Source: an uncultured Pelagibacteraceae bacterium (GTDB taxonomy: Bacteria > Pseudomonadota > Alphaproteobacteria > Pelagibacterales > AG-422-B15). From it: a DNA stretch of 64,000 nucleotides. Below the pieces are notes generated by a model. It was not told the DNA's origin and did not search any database. It was given only the letters and a program-made list of their open reading frames with translations. The DNA is taken from contig CACNCV010000001.1 of assembly GCA_902619105.1 (NCBI GenBank), positions 82,706-146,705 on the forward strand. The letters are read 5' to 3'. This document shows, in pieces, positions 38,853 through 52,434 of this stretch. The stretch's first letter is position 1. Every line of letters begins with the position of its first letter. The position numbers were made by a program, and so were the translations under genes.

Positions 38853-39230
38853 ATGAGCAGTCCCTTATCACCACATTTGCAAGTTTATAGATGGCAAATT
38901 ACATCAATACTATCAATTCTTCATAGAATAACGGGTATAGTTTCATCATTAGGTGTAATCATATTAATAATATTTTTATATTCAATTAGCGCTGGCGAAG
39001 AAACTTTTCAATTTATAATTTCCTTATCAGAAAATATTTTTATAAGAACAATATTAATAGGTCTTACGTTTTCATATTTGTTTTATTTTTTAAATTGCTT
39101 GAGGCACTTATTCTGGGACGTTGGCATTGGGCTTGAATTAAATACTGCCAAATTGACAGGTTGGATTACAATTTTGTTTACTGTTTTGCTCACTGTTCTA
39201 TTTTGGGTTTTAATTATGATTGGATATTAA
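38853..39230 (+). CDS. sdhC: Succinate dehydrogenase cytochrome b556 subunit
   Basis: PLSPHLQVY, SILHRITG and LRHLFWD.G.G motifs. Confidence 0.95.
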   Translation: MSSPLSPHLQVYRWQITSILSILHRITGIVSSLGVIILIIFLYSISAGEETFQFIISLSENIFIRTILIGLTFSYLFYFLNCLRHLFWDVGIGLELNTAKLTGWITILFTVLLTVLFWVLIMIGY

Positions 39231-39564
39231 CTCTATGTCTGCCAAAAATACTTGGAAACTTCATCGATGGAGCACGATTTTACTGCTACCACTCATTGTT
39301 TATTTATTTATAAAAATAATACACCTTTCCACTCTGCCATATCAATTAATTTTGAGTGAATTAAGCAACTTATGGGGTGTAGGGTTTATATTGATTTTCA
39401 CGGTCTTAGGATTAATTCATATGAATACTGGTGTGCATGAAATCCTTGATGATTACGTTCACTCTGATGTGGTTAAAAAGATATTAAATGTAATAATTTC
39501 AATATTTTTTTTACTAATACTAGTTTTTGTTTGTTTGTCTCTACTACTAATTTTTATAGGTTAA
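39220..39564 (+). CDS. sdhD: Succinate dehydrogenase membrane anchor subunit
   Basis: Three TM helices and H...G...ILDDYVH. The start may be ATG at 39235. Confidence 0.92.
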   Translation: MDINSMSAKNTWKLHRWSTILLLPLIVYLFIKIIHLSTLPYQLILSELSNLWGVGFILIFTVLGLIHMNTGVHEILDDYVHSDVVKKILNVIISIFFLLILVFVCLSLLLIFIG

Positions 39565-39568
39565 CTTA

Positions 39569-41344
39569 ATGAATTACGAAATTGAATATCACGATTACGA
39601 TGTAGTTGTTGTCGGTGCTGGTGGATCTGGTTTGAGAGCGACAGTAGGCGCTGTTGAGAATGGTTACAAGACTGCTTGTATTTCAAAAGTATTCCCAACT
39701 AGAAGTCATACGGTTGCAGCACAGGGAGGCATTTCTGCTGCACTTGGAAACATGGGTGATGATGATTGGAGATGGCACATGTATGATACTGTGAAAGGCT
39801 CTGATTGGCTTGGGGATCAGGATGCAATTGAGTATTTGTGCAAAAATGCACCAAAAGCTGTTTTAGAATTAGAGAACTATGGAGTTCCATTTAGTCGAAC
39901 AGAGGATGGAAAAATTTATCAAAGAGCCTTTGGAGGGATGACCAAAAATTATGGCGAAGGTACTGCACAAAGAACATGTGCTGCTGCTGATCGAACTGGC
40001 CATGCAATAATTCATACTTTATACGGGCAATCATTAAAACATGACGTTGACTATTATATTGAATATTTTGTTTTGGACTTATTAATGGTTGAGGGTGAAT
40101 GCAGGGGTGTTGTTGCATGGTGTTTAGAGGACGGTAAATTACATGTATTTAACTCTAAACAAACAATACTAGCGTCTGGTGGATATGGCCGTGTTTATTT
40201 TTCTGCAACTTCAGCTCACACCTGCACAGGTGATGGTAACGCAATGGTTTTAAGAGCTGGATTACCTCTTCAAGATATGGAATTTGTTCAATTTCACCCA
40301 ACAGGTATTTATGGCGTCGGTTGTCTTATAACAGAGGGCGCAAGAGGAGAAGGCGGTTATTTAGTAAACAGTGAAGGCGAACGTTTCATGGAGAGATATG
40401 CACCATCAGCGAAAGACTTAGCTTCAAGAGATGTTGTGTCTCGTTCTATAACAAAAGAAATTTTAGAGGGTAGAGGCGTTGGCAAAGATAAGGATCATGC
40501 TTATCTACATCTTGATCACATAGACTCAGATATATTGGAAGAAAGATTGCCTGGTATTTCAGAGTCCGCAAAAGTTTTCGCAGGAGTTGATGTAACCAAA
40601 GAGCCAATTCCAATTATACCTACAGTTCATTATAATATGGGTGGAATTCCAACAAATTTTCATGGAGAAGTAATGAACCTCGAAAAAGGAAATGAAACAG
40701 TCGTACAGGGTTTGATGGCAGTTGGTGAAGCTGCTTGTGTGAGTGTTCATGGTGCAAATAGACTCGGATCAAATTCTCTAATTGATTTAGTGGTTTTTGG
40801 CAAAGCAGCAGCAGATAGAATAAATGACACGGTAAATAAAGATGAACCCAATAAGGAAATTCCAAGCCATGTAATCGATGAAGTCATTGCAAGGTTTGAT
40901 AGTACACGATCTTCTGATGGGGATATTTCAACTTCAGAATTAAGGTCTCAAATGCAGAGAGTTATGCAGAAACACTGCGCTGTTTTTAGAGATGATGAGA
41001 TTATGTCTGAAGGAAAAAAACTTATCGAAGAAACTTGGTTAAACTCAGAAAATATTAAAATTAAAGACAAATCACTAATATGGAATACTGATTTGTTAGA
41101 AACACTTGAATATAAAAACCTAATTGCACAAGCTGTAGTTACAATGAACTCCGCACTAAATAGAAAAGAAAGTAGAGGGGCTCACGCTCGAGAAGACTAT
41201 AAGGAAAGAGATGATAAAAATTGGATGAAGCATACAATGTCATGGCTGAATGATAAGAGTTGTGAACTGGATTATAGATCAGTTCACGAATACACATTAT
41301 CAAATGAAGTTAAATATATTGCGCCAAAGGCCAGAGTTTATTAA
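39569..41344 (+). CDS. sdhA: Succinate dehydrogenase flavoprotein
   Basis: [30 protein letters not shown] and [11 protein letters not shown] motifs. Confidence 0.98.
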   Translation: MNYEIEYHDYDVVVVGAGGSGLRATVGAVENGYKTACISKVFPTRSHTVAAQGGISAALGNMGDDDWRWHMYDTVKGSDWLGDQDAIEYLCKNAPKAVLELENYGVPFSRTEDGKIYQRAFGGMTKNYGEGTAQRTCAAADRTGHAIIHTLYGQSLKHDVDYYIEYFVLDLLMVEGECRGVVAWCLEDGKLHVFNSKQTILASGGYGRVYFSATSAHTCTGDGNAMVLRAGLPLQDMEFVQFHPTGIYGVGCLITEGARGEGGYLVNSEGERFMERYAPSAKDLASRDVVSRSITKEILEGRGVGKDKDHAYLHLDHIDSDILEERLPGISESAKVFAGVDVTKEPIPIIPTVHYNMGGIPTNFHGEVMNLEKGNETVVQGLMAVGEAACVSVHGANRLGSNSLIDLVVFGKAAADRINDTVNKDEPNKEIPSHVIDEVIARFDSTRSSDGDISTSELRSQMQRVMQKHCAVFRDDEIMSEGKKLIEETWLNSENIKIKDKSLIWNTDLLETLEYKNLIAQAVVTMNSALNRKESRGAHAREDYKERDDKNWMKHTMSWLNDKSCELDYRSVHEYTLSNEVKYIAPKARVY

Positions 41345-42120
41345 TGGTCCAGTTTAATCTTCCCGACAATTCTAAATTAATAGACGGTGATTATTACAAG
41401 TCTGAAAAAAGCAATGGGAATATTAAAAAATTCAAAATTTACCGTTGGTCTCCCGACGATGAAAAAAACCCAAGGATGGACACTTATGAAGTTGATCTAG
41501 ACGATTGTGGTCCGATGGTATTGGATGCAGTTATGAAAATCAAAAGTGAAATTGATACTTCATTAACCTTTAGACGATCATGTCGCGAGGGCATATGTGG
41601 TTCTTGTGCAATGAATATTGATGGGACAAACACACTCGCTTGTACCAAAGCAATTAGTGATATGAAAGGTGACATAAAAATTTATCCTCTGCCTCACATG
41701 CCAGTTATAAAAGACTTGGTTACAAATTTAAAAACACTCTATAAGCAATTAAAGTCCATCAAGCCATGGCTTATGAATAAGAAACAAAACGCAAACGATA
41801 CTGAAAATATTCAATCAAGAAATGACCGTGAAAAATTAGATGGCTTGTATGAATGCATCTTGTGTGCATGTTGTTCAACTTCATGCCCAAGTTATTGGTG
41901 GAACAGTGACAAATATTTGGGCCCTGCGGTCCTGCTTCAGTCATATCGCTGGTTACAAGATAGCCGTGATGAGGAAAGAAAAGAGAGATTAAAAGAATTA
42001 GATGATACGTTTAAAGTTTACAGATGCCACACAATAATGAACTGCACTCAAGCTTGTCCAAAAGGTCTCAACCCCGCAAAGGCTATTGCTGGTATCAAAC
42101 AAATGATAGCACAGCAGTAA
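41344..42120 (+). CDS. sdhB: Succinate dehydrogenase iron-sulfur subunit
   Basis: [22 protein letters not shown] and [12 protein letters not shown] motifs. Confidence 0.98.
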   Translation: MVQFNLPDNSKLIDGDYYKSEKSNGNIKKFKIYRWSPDDEKNPRMDTYEVDLDDCGPMVLDAVMKIKSEIDTSLTFRRSCREGICGSCAMNIDGTNTLACTKAISDMKGDIKIYPLPHMPVIKDLVTNLKTLYKQLKSIKPWLMNKKQNANDTENIQSRNDREKLDGLYECILCACCSTSCPSYWWNSDKYLGPAVLLQSYRWLQDSRDEERKERLKELDDTFKVYRCHTIMNCTQACPKGLNPAKAIAGIKQMIAQQ

Positions 42121-42213
42121 TCAAATTACTGTAAAATCAAAAAGAATACTTACCAACAGAACTAAAATAATAATTGTAACTACGATAAAATAATTAACCA
42201 CTATAAATCTCAA
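42121..42213 (-). CDS. Candidate small single-pass membrane peptide (26-30 aa), absent from the ORF track
   Basis: From TTG 42213 (or GTG 42201) to TGA 42121: (L)RFIVVNYFIVVTIIILVLLVSILFDFTVI. 23 of 30 codons have T in position 2. Confidence 0.45.
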   Translation of the reverse strand: MRFIVVNYFIVVTIIILVLLVSILFDFTVI

Positions 42214-42276
42214 TGGCGGGCAGTTGATTAGGGGATTTTATGAAAATATTACGTACCCACCATTGAGCTATTTATA
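42202..42276 (-). other. Long imperfect inverted repeat / RNA hairpin
   Basis: Arms are tataaat-ctcaatggcgggca (42202-42222) and tacccaccattgag-ct-atttata (42254-42276), giving 21 pairs plus a 2-nt bulge. The two C/A mismatches become G-U pairs on the minus strand. Confidence 0.75.
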
Positions 42277-42335
42277 TAAGTGTAAAACTTTCTAATTAAA
42301 CTCTAATAAGTTTGCCAAAATGACAGAGCTCGAGT

Positions 42336-42578
42336 TCAATATTTTTTCTGGATTTTGACAACAAAACTGCCTTCATGCCAACTCTGTTCAATGTACTGTA
42401 TTTGGTGACTGCTTTCTGCCCAATGAGGAAACTCTTTTCTGATTTGTCCACTTTTACCTGTTATGACCTCTACTTTGGGTATACTTCCTTGATAAGCTTC
42501 GTAAATAAAGTCAGTGAATTCTTGATAAGCATCCTCAAGTGTAAATCCATGAAGGTCAAGTTTTCTCATAATTTTCAA
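42336..42578 (-). CDS. Stand-alone Smr/MutS2-C domain protein
   Basis: KLDLHG.T...A, VITGKSG.IR.E...W and GSF.V motifs. Confidence 0.85.
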   Translation of the reverse strand: MKIMRKLDLHGFTLEDAYQEFTDFIYEAYQGSIPKVEVITGKSGQIRKEFPHWAESSHQIQYIEQSWHEGSFVVKIQKKY

Positions 42579-42619
42579 ACATTGCCATTAGTTGTATTTA
42601 ATCTAGAATATTTCATTAT

Positions 42620-43627
42620 ATGAAAAATTCTTATACTAAACCTAATCTCGATACTAAGTATTTTGATGATTTATTCAACTCACTACCTTCAATGGAAAAT
42701 AAAACAGTTGCTATAACAGGCACAACTTCTGGGCTTGGATTTTATGCTGCTGAGTCAGTAGCTAAGCTTGGTGCTAAAGTCCTACTATTGAATCGTCCTT
42801 CAACTAGAGCTGAGTCATCTTTAAATTTACTTAGACAAAATTGTGCAAATGGAAATTTCCACAGAGTAGATTGTGATCTACAAAGTTTTGACTCGGTAAA
42901 AACTGCATTTTCAAAAATTAATGAAATATGTAGCGATGGCCTTGATGTATTATGCAATAATGCGGGCGTAATGGCTCTTAAAGATAAAGCCACAATCGAC
43001 GGCTTTGATGTACAAATGCAAACTAATCACTTGTCCCATTTTCTTCTAACTAAATTATGTATGCCCTTACTAGAAAAAGCATCACAATTAAGGGATGAAG
43101 CAAGAATAGTTAATCATTCTAGTATTGCACGCTTTCAAACAAAAAGACTTAAAGAAAAGTTTCTTGAAAAAAAAGGCGGCAACTTAGGTGGAGATGGAGG
43201 TAATTTGATGTTTGGTGGTGGCCGATGGGAGCGTTATGCCCAGACAAAGCTTGCTAATGCTGCATTCACTGCATGTTTGCATGAAAAGTTGCAAAAAAAC
43301 AATTCAAAAATTAGAGCGATGGTTGCTCATCCGGGTCTTGCAGAAAGTGATTTACAATCTACAACAGTAGAGGATGGCGGAATGGGCAGTTTTTTTACAA
43401 AATATTTAATGAAGTTTGGGCAGTCTGAAAAAGATGGAACTTTGGGTCTCCTAAGATGTATTGCAGATCCTAAAATTAATTCAGGCTCAATGGTAGGGCC
43501 TGGTTTAAAAGGAATGAAAGGTAAAGCAAAATCTTTTTCACTTGAGTCTTTTTATGATAATCCTAAAGTCAAGAGCATGCTGTGGGCCAAAAGCTGTGAG
43601 GCTATAGGCGAAAGTTTTGAAATTTAG
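42620..43627 (+). CDS. Classical SDR oxidoreductase, retinol dehydrogenase/WWOX-like
   Basis: ITGTTSGLG, CNNAGVM, DGFDVQMQTNHLSHFLLT, YAQTK (YxxxK) and HPG motifs. Confidence 0.88.
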   Translation: MKNSYTKPNLDTKYFDDLFNSLPSMENKTVAITGTTSGLGFYAAESVAKLGAKVLLLNRPSTRAESSLNLLRQNCANGNFHRVDCDLQSFDSVKTAFSKINEICSDGLDVLCNNAGVMALKDKATIDGFDVQMQTNHLSHFLLTKLCMPLLEKASQLRDEARIVNHSSIARFQTKRLKEKFLEKKGGNLGGDGGNLMFGGGRWERYAQTKLANAAFTACLHEKLQKNNSKIRAMVAHPGLAESDLQSTTVEDGGMGSFFTKYLMKFGQSEKDGTLGLLRCIADPKINSGSMVGPGLKGMKGKAKSFSLESFYDNPKVKSMLWAKSCEAIGESFEI

Positions 43628-43636
43628 GTAATTTAA

Positions 43637-46154
<2,518 letters not shown>

Positions 46155-47312
46155 ATGAATATACACGAACATCAAGCAAAGGAATTATTTGACGGTTATG
46201 ATATACCTGTGTCCATAGGAAGTGTTGCATATGAAAAAAGTCAGATAAATGAAGCAGTGGGAAAAGTTAAGGGTCCAATTTGGGTTGTTAAAGCACAAAT
46301 TCATGCAGGTGGCAGAGGTAAAGGTGGAGGCGTTAAAGTAGTTTCTTCAAAAGAAGAAGCTGTAAATGAGGCTGAAAAAATGTTTGGTATGAATTTAATA
46401 ACGCCTCAAACAGGCCCAGCAGGAAAAGAAGTAAAACGTATCTACATTGAAAATGGGTCGGATATTAAAAAAGAATTATACCTTTCTTGTTTATTAGACA
46501 GAGCGACAAGCAAAGTTGCCTTTATTGTATCTAAGATGGGAGGTATGGACATTGAAGCAGTTGCAAAAGATACCCCAGAAAATATAACAACAGTTCAAAT
46601 AGAGCCTTCAATAGGTGTTACTGAAAATGATGTAAATACAATTAGTAAAGCTTTTGAACTCAAAAAAGATCTTGAGGGCCAACTTTCTGATCTTATAAAA
46701 AATATGTATAAATTTTTTTTAGAAAAAGATGCTAGTCTTGTTGAAGTTAATCCTTTGATTATAACTGAGACTGGCAAACTATTGTGTCTCGATGCTAAAG
46801 TTAATTTTGATGATAATGCTTTATACCGCCATCCAGAAATTGAGGAATTAAGGGATGAGAATGAAGAGGATGAATATGAAAGAGAGGCATCAAAATATGA
46901 TCTCGCATATATAAAATTGGATGGGAATATAGGCTGTATGGTCAATGGCGCAGGCTTGGCAATGGCTAGCTTAGATATTATTAAAATGTATGGCGGTGAG
47001 CCCGCCAACTTTCTTGATGTTGGTGGTGGAGCTTCTAAAGAAAAGGTTTCGAGTGCATTTAAAATTATTCTTTCTGATAAAGGTGTAAAAGGCATCTTAG
47101 TTAATATCTTTGGCGGGATCATGAGATGTGACATCATTGCTGAAGGAATTGTTGCTGCTGCAAAAGAATTAGAAATTTCTGTACCGCTTGTAGTTAGACT
47201 TGAAGGCACAAATGTTGATGAAGGTAAGAAAATTTTAGATAATTCAAGTATCGAAATTATTTCTGCCAATGATTTAGATGATGCAGCAAAAAAAATAGTC
47301 AAGCTAGTTTAA
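46155..47312 (+). CDS. sucC: Succinyl-CoA synthetase beta subunit
   Basis: [23 protein letters not shown] and NGAGLAM motifs. Confidence 0.97.
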   Translation: MNIHEHQAKELFDGYDIPVSIGSVAYEKSQINEAVGKVKGPIWVVKAQIHAGGRGKGGGVKVVSSKEEAVNEAEKMFGMNLITPQTGPAGKEVKRIYIENGSDIKKELYLSCLLDRATSKVAFIVSKMGGMDIEAVAKDTPENITTVQIEPSIGVTENDVNTISKAFELKKDLEGQLSDLIKNMYKFFLEKDASLVEVNPLIITETGKLLCLDAKVNFDDNALYRHPEIEELRDENEEDEYEREASKYDLAYIKLDGNIGCMVNGAGLAMASLDIIKMYGGEPANFLDVGGGASKEKVSSAFKIILSDKGVKGILVNIFGGIMRCDIIAEGIVAAAKELEISVPLVVRLEGTNVDEGKKILDNSSIEIISANDLDDAAKKIVKLV

Positions 47313-48193
47313 TGTCAGTAATAGTTAATAAAGATACAAAAGTTATTTGTCAGGGTTTCACTGGATCACAAGGTACCTTTCATTCAGAACAGGCAATTAA
47401 ATACGGCACTAACATGGTTGGTGGAGTTACTCCTAAAAAAGGAGGAACTGAGCACTTAGGGTTACCAGTATTTGATACAGTAAAAGAAGCTAAAGATAAA
47501 ACGGAAGCAAATGCCACTGTAATTTACGTTCCTCCCCCATTTGCCGCAAAAGCAATTTTAGAAGCAATAGATAGTGAGATGGAGCTAATAGTTTGTATAA
47601 CAGAGGGAATTCCTGTTATGGATATGCTAGAGGTCAAAGATAAGTTAAGATCTTCCAAATCACGTCTCATTGGCCCCAATTGTCCGGGAGTCATAACTCC
47701 TGATGAGTGTAAGATTGGTATAATGCCAGCGCATATTCATCAAAAGGGAAACGTAGGAATTGTATCTAGGTCTGGAACACTAACTTATGAAGCAGTTTAT
47801 CAAACAACAGTGGAAGGTCTTGGACAATCCACCTGTATTGGAATAGGGGGCGATCCAGTGAATGGAACAAACTTTATTGATTGTTTGGAACTTTTCTTAT
47901 CTGATCCGGAAACTGAATCGATAATCATGATTGGTGAAATTGGTGGTTCAGCTGAGGAAGAAGCAGCTGAATTTTTGAGAAAAGAAAAGATAAAAAAGCC
48001 AACCGTTGGATTTATTGCAGGAACTTCAGCCCCTCCAGGAAGAAGAATGGGACACGCTGGAGCAATTGTATCTGGAGGGAAAGGTGGAGCAGAAGATAAA
48101 ATTGAAGCTATGAAGAGTGCTGGGATTCAAATTTCAAATTCTCCAGCAGCTTTAGGATCAACTTTACTTGAGGTATTAAAGAATCAAAACTAA
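47312..48193 (+). CDS. sucD: Succinyl-CoA synthetase alpha subunit
   Basis: [25 protein letters not shown] and RMGHAGA motifs. Confidence 0.97.
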   Translation: MSVIVNKDTKVICQGFTGSQGTFHSEQAIKYGTNMVGGVTPKKGGTEHLGLPVFDTVKEAKDKTEANATVIYVPPPFAAKAILEAIDSEMELIVCITEGIPVMDMLEVKDKLRSSKSRLIGPNCPGVITPDECKIGIMPAHIHQKGNVGIVSRSGTLTYEAVYQTTVEGLGQSTCIGIGGDPVNGTNFIDCLELFLSDPETESIIMIGEIGGSAEEEAAEFLRKEKIKKPTVGFIAGTSAPPGRRMGHAGAIVSGGKGGAEDKIEAMKSAGIQISNSPAALGSTLLEVLKNQN

Positions 48194-48207
48194 AATTAAG
48201 CTGCTTA

Positions 48208-51168
48208 ATGACAAAGTCATCCATAAACGACATTTTTGATAAAACATCTTTCCTGCACGGTGCAAACGCAGTTTATATCGAACAAATGTTCGAAAGATTT
48301 CAAAATAATCCCGCTGATATACCAGATGATTGGAGAATTTTTTTTTCTGGCATTACAGATAACTTAAATCAACAAAATATTCTTCGTGCTAGTTGGGCAT
48401 CTCAAAATGTAGAAACCAAAAATGAAGAAGATACTTTAGAAAATATTAATGATAGTGAAATCAAAATAGAGTCCCAAACATTAAATAAAGATAACATTGT
48501 TACGAGTGAAGCATTTAAAGAACAGGTTTTTGACTCAATAAGGGCAATAAGACTTATCAGAGCTTATAGAGTTAATGGTCATCTTGCATCAAATCTGGAT
48601 CCACTAAATTTAAAAGAAATTAAAACATATTCTGAACTCGATTATAGAAATTATGGTTTCAAAGAAAATGACCTTGATAAAGAAATTTTTATTGACGGTA
48701 GTCTTGGTCTAAACTTTGCTAAACTCAGAAATATAATTGACATACTTAAGGAAACTTATTGCGGATCTATAGGTGTTGAATTTGTTCATATTCAAGATGC
48801 TGATCAAAAGCAATGGGTTCAAGAAAGAATAGAGGAAGTTAGAAATAAAACACAGTTTACCTCAAACGGTAAGAAAGCAATATTCAAACGTTTGCTTGAA
48901 GCTGAAATGTTCGAGCAATTCCTTGATAAAAAGTTTATAGGTACCAAAAGGTTTGGGCTCGTTGGCAGTGAGTCGACTGTCCCAGGCATCGAGCAAATAA
49001 TTAAACAAAGCTGCTTAGCAGGAGTCGAGGACATATACATAGGAACCGCACATCGTGGGAGATTAACCCTTCTTTCATCTGTTATGGAAGTTCCCTTGCG
49101 ATCAATTATGGCAAAATTTGAGGGTGGAGGAGAGGATCCCAATGAAGTTTTAGGATCCGGGGACGTGAAGTACCATTTAGGGATTTCAAGTGATAGAGAG
49201 TTTGATGATAAAAAAATTCATCTTTCCTTGACGCCAAATCCATCACATTTGGAGGCAGTGGATCCCGTAGTGATAGGAAAAGTTAGAGCTGAGCAAACAT
49301 TGCTTCAAGATAAAACAAACGACAGAGTAATAGGACTATTAATTCATGGCGATGCTGCTATGGCTGGGCAAGGTGTTGTTGCAGAAACTTTTGCGATGTC
49401 GCAATTACGGGGTTTTCGCACAGGAGGTACAATTCATTTTGTTATTAACAATCAAATAGGTTTCACCACAATGCCCCATTATGGTCGTTCAGCTCCATAC
49501 TGTACCGAAATAGCAAAAATTATACAGGCGCCAATATTTCATGTTAATGGAGATGATGTTGAAGCAGTCGTTCATGTATGTAGACTAGCAGTTGAATTTA
49601 GAAATAAATTTAAAACCGACGTTGTAGTAGATATGTTTTGTTATCGTCGATCTGGCCATAATGAAATGGATTTACCAGAATTTACACAGCCACTAATGTA
49701 TCAAAAAATTAAATCTCACCCGTCTACTCTTAAAATTTATGAAAAAAAACTTATTGAAGAAGGTGTTTTAACTAATGACGATGTTGAAAATGAAAGATCA
49801 ATTTACGCCAGTAAATTGAATGAAGAGTTAAAATTTGCAAAGTCGTATAAGCCAAATAAAGCTGACTGGCTTGAAGGTTCATGGAAAGGTATAACGGTAG
49901 CGTCAATCGATGCAAGAAGAGGTAAAACAGCTATTACTGAAAATGAGCTATTAAAAATTGGGAAAGAAATACATACCATTCCAGAAAACTTTAACCCGCA
50001 TAGAAGAATAAAAAAAATTTATGATGATAGATTATCAAGTATACAAACAGGTAATGGAATTGACTGGGCAACTGCTGAGTCTCTTGCATTTGCTTCATTG
50101 TTATCAGAAGGTTATGGAGTAAGGCTTTCAGGTCAAGACTCGGGCAGAGGCACTTTTAGTCAAAGACATGCAGTTCTTTATGATCAAGTAAGTGAGAAAA
50201 GATTTGTACCATTGAGACATTTTAGAGAAAAACAAGGATTTTTTGAAATCATTGATAGTTTTTTATCTGAGTATGGTGTTTTGGGTTTCGAATATGGTTA
50301 TTCACAAGTTGATCCAAGAACTCTAGTGCTTTGGGAGGGTCAATTTGGTGACTTTGCAAACAATGCTCAGACAATAATTGACCAATTTATAACTACTGGC
50401 GAGAGAAAATGGTTAAGAATGTCAGGTCTGACATTGCTTTTGCCACACGGCCATGAAGGCCAGGGGCCTGAACACACAAGTGGAAGATTAGAGAGATTTT
50501 TACAAATGTGTGCCGAGGACAACATTCAAGTTGTTAATTGTACTTCACCCGCAAATTATTTTCATGCTCTTAGAAGACAGCTTCATAGAGATTTCAGAAA
50601 ACCACTAGTTATCATGACACCTAAATCTACATTAAGGCACAAAAAAAATACATCTAGCATTGAAGAATTTACAAATGGATCAACCTTTCATCGAATTTTA
50701 AGAAAAGAACTGACTTCAGAACAAAAATCAAAAGTAAATAGATTGCTTTTATGTTCTGGAAAAATATATTTTGAGCTTGATGATCATCTTGAAAAATTAA
50801 AAAAAGATAATGTACACATTTTAAGATTTGATCAATTGTATCCATTTCCTTATGAAGTTTTAAAAGAGGAATTAATACAGTTTCCAAATGCTGAAATATT
50901 TTGGGTTCAAGAAGAGCCATCAAATATGGGAGCATTCAGATTTGTTAAACATCGAATTGAGTCAGTATTACAGGGAATAACAGGAAAATATAAAGAATTA
51001 CTATTTATAGGTAGAAAGGCATCCGCATCTCCTGCTACTGGTATAGCTAATCGTCATGCAGAAAACCAAGCCAATATTATAAAGCTAGCTTTAGAGAGCG
51101 ATATAAATGAAATTAAAAAACACAAGGATGGCGTAACATTAGTTAAATTTAAACTGCCGATTGAATAA
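48208..51168 (+). CDS. sucA: 2-oxoglutarate dehydrogenase E1
   Basis: AHRGR, GDVKYHLG, NPSHLE, HGDAAMAGQG and WEGQFGDF motifs. Confidence 0.97.
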   Translation: MTKSSINDIFDKTSFLHGANAVYIEQMFERFQNNPADIPDDWRIFFSGITDNLNQQNILRASWASQNVETKNEEDTLENINDSEIKIESQTLNKDNIVTSEAFKEQVFDSIRAIRLIRAYRVNGHLASNLDPLNLKEIKTYSELDYRNYGFKENDLDKEIFIDGSLGLNFAKLRNIIDILKETYCGSIGVEFVHIQDADQKQWVQERIEEVRNKTQFTSNGKKAIFKRLLEAEMFEQFLDKKFIGTKRFGLVGSESTVPGIEQIIKQSCLAGVEDIYIGTAHRGRLTLLSSVMEVPLRSIMAKFEGGGEDPNEVLGSGDVKYHLGISSDREFDDKKIHLSLTPNPSHLEAVDPVVIGKVRAEQTLLQDKTNDRVIGLLIHGDAAMAGQGVVAETFAMSQLRGFRTGGTIHFVINNQIGFTTMPHYGRSAPYCTEIAKIIQAPIFHVNGDDVEAVVHVCRLAVEFRNKFKTDVVVDMFCYRRSGHNEMDLPEFTQPLMYQKIKSHPSTLKIYEKKLIEEGVLTNDDVENERSIYASKLNEELKFAKSYKPNKADWLEGSWKGITVASIDARRGKTAITENELLKIGKEIHTIPENFNPHRRIKKIYDDRLSSIQTGNGIDWATAESLAFASLLSEGYGVRLSGQDSGRGTFSQRHAVLYDQVSEKRFVPLRHFREKQGFFEIIDSFLSEYGVLGFEYGYSQVDPRTLVLWEGQFGDFANNAQTIIDQFITTGERKWLRMSGLTLLLPHGHEGQGPEHTSGRLERFLQMCAEDNIQVVNCTSPANYFHALRRQLHRDFRKPLVIMTPKSTLRHKKNTSSIEEFTNGSTFHRILRKELTSEQKSKVNRLLLCSGKIYFELDDHLEKLKKDNVHILRFDQLYPFPYEVLKEELIQFPNAEIFWVQEEPSNMGAFRFVKHRIESVLQGITGKYKELLFIGRKASASPATGIANRHAENQANIIKLALESDINEIKKHKDGVTLVKFKLPIE

Positions 51169-51194
51169 TAATCTTAAAGTGTTAAATATTAAAT

Positions 51195-52433
51195 ATGTCT
51201 GTTAAAATCAAAGTTCCTTCTCTCGGAGAAAGTGTTGTAGAGGCAACGGTTGCAAAATGGTATAAGAATGAAGGTGACTATGTATCCGTCGATGAACCAT
51301 TGCTTGAGCTTGAAACAGATAAAGTAACTCTTGAAGTTCCTTCGCCATCAAATGGCTGTATACAAAAAATCAATGTAGAAGAAGGTTCTACTGTTGAAGT
51401 TGGTGCAATCTTAGGGTCTATTGATGAAAATGCATCTATAGACCAAAAAGTTAAACAGTCAGAACCAGTAAATGAAAAATCAGTTACGACTCCAGAAAAA
51501 ATTATTCCTGAGGAAGTAGAGTCTCCACCAAAAGAAGAGATGCCCATCCAAATTGATAATTTAAATAATCAAAAATTATCCCCTGCTGTAAGAAAAATTG
51601 CTGCTGAAAAGAATATAAATATTAATACTGTAACCTCCTCAAGAGAGGATGGTAGAATTACTAAATCTGACGTCATAAATTATCAAAATATAGAAAAACA
51701 AGAAAATACTCCTCAAACAATTAGACAAACCGATAAAAGAGAAGAACGAGTGCCCATGTCGCGTTTAAGGCAAACCATAGCGAAACGTCTAAAGGATGCT
51801 CAGAATAATGCTGCCATGCTTACAACATTTAATGAGGTTGATATGAGTGAGCTTATAAAGACACGCAATGATCATAAATCAGAATTTGAAAAAAAGTATG
51901 GCGTGAAATTAGGCTTCATGTCTTTTTTCGTGAAAGCATGTATAACTGCGCTGAGAGATATTCCTGAAGTAAATGCTGAAATTGAAAACAACGACGTCAT
52001 TTATAAAAACTTTTACAATATTGGTGTTGCTGTTGGAACTGATCAAGGCCTCGTCGTACCCGTTGTTAAAGACGCCGATAAAAAATCTCTTGTTGAAGTA
52101 GAAAAAGAAATCTATCAACTGGGACAGAAAGCTCGTTCTGGCCAATTAAGTATTGAAGATATGCAGGGTGGCACATTTACAATATCCAATGGTGGTGTTT
52201 ATGGATCTTTAATGTCAACTCCAATATTAAATCCACCTCAATCAGGAATATTGGGAATGCATAAAATAGAAGAAAGACCCATAGCTATTGAAGGTGAAAT
52301 AACAATTAGACCTATGATGTATCTTGCCCTTTCATACGATCATAGAATAGTAGACGGTAAAGGAGCCGTAACTTTTTTAGTCAGAGTTAAAGAGGGTCTA
52401 GAGGATCCAAGTAGATTATTATTAGGAGTTTAA
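51195..52433 (+). CDS. sucB: Dihydrolipoamide succinyltransferase E2
   Basis: Lipoyl ETDKV, E3-binding SPAVRK and catalytic DHRIVDG motifs. Confidence 0.97.
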   Translation: MSVKIKVPSLGESVVEATVAKWYKNEGDYVSVDEPLLELETDKVTLEVPSPSNGCIQKINVEEGSTVEVGAILGSIDENASIDQKVKQSEPVNEKSVTTPEKIIPEEVESPPKEEMPIQIDNLNNQKLSPAVRKIAAEKNININTVTSSREDGRITKSDVINYQNIEKQENTPQTIRQTDKREERVPMSRLRQTIAKRLKDAQNNAAMLTTFNEVDMSELIKTRNDHKSEFEKKYGVKLGFMSFFVKACITALRDIPEVNAEIENNDVIYKNFYNIGVAVGTDQGLVVPVVKDADKKSLVEVEKEIYQLGQKARSGQLSIEDMQGGTFTISNGGVYGSLMSTPILNPPQSGILGMHKIEERPIAIEGEITIRPMMYLALSYDHRIVDGKGAVTFLVRVKEGLEDPSRLLLGV

Positions 52434-52434
52434 T

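Noticed and set aside
42256-42272. Minus-strand TAGCTCAATGGT resembles a tRNA D-arm
   Set aside because: No anticodon arm or T-loop (TTCRA) follows. The segment is one arm of the long hairpin.
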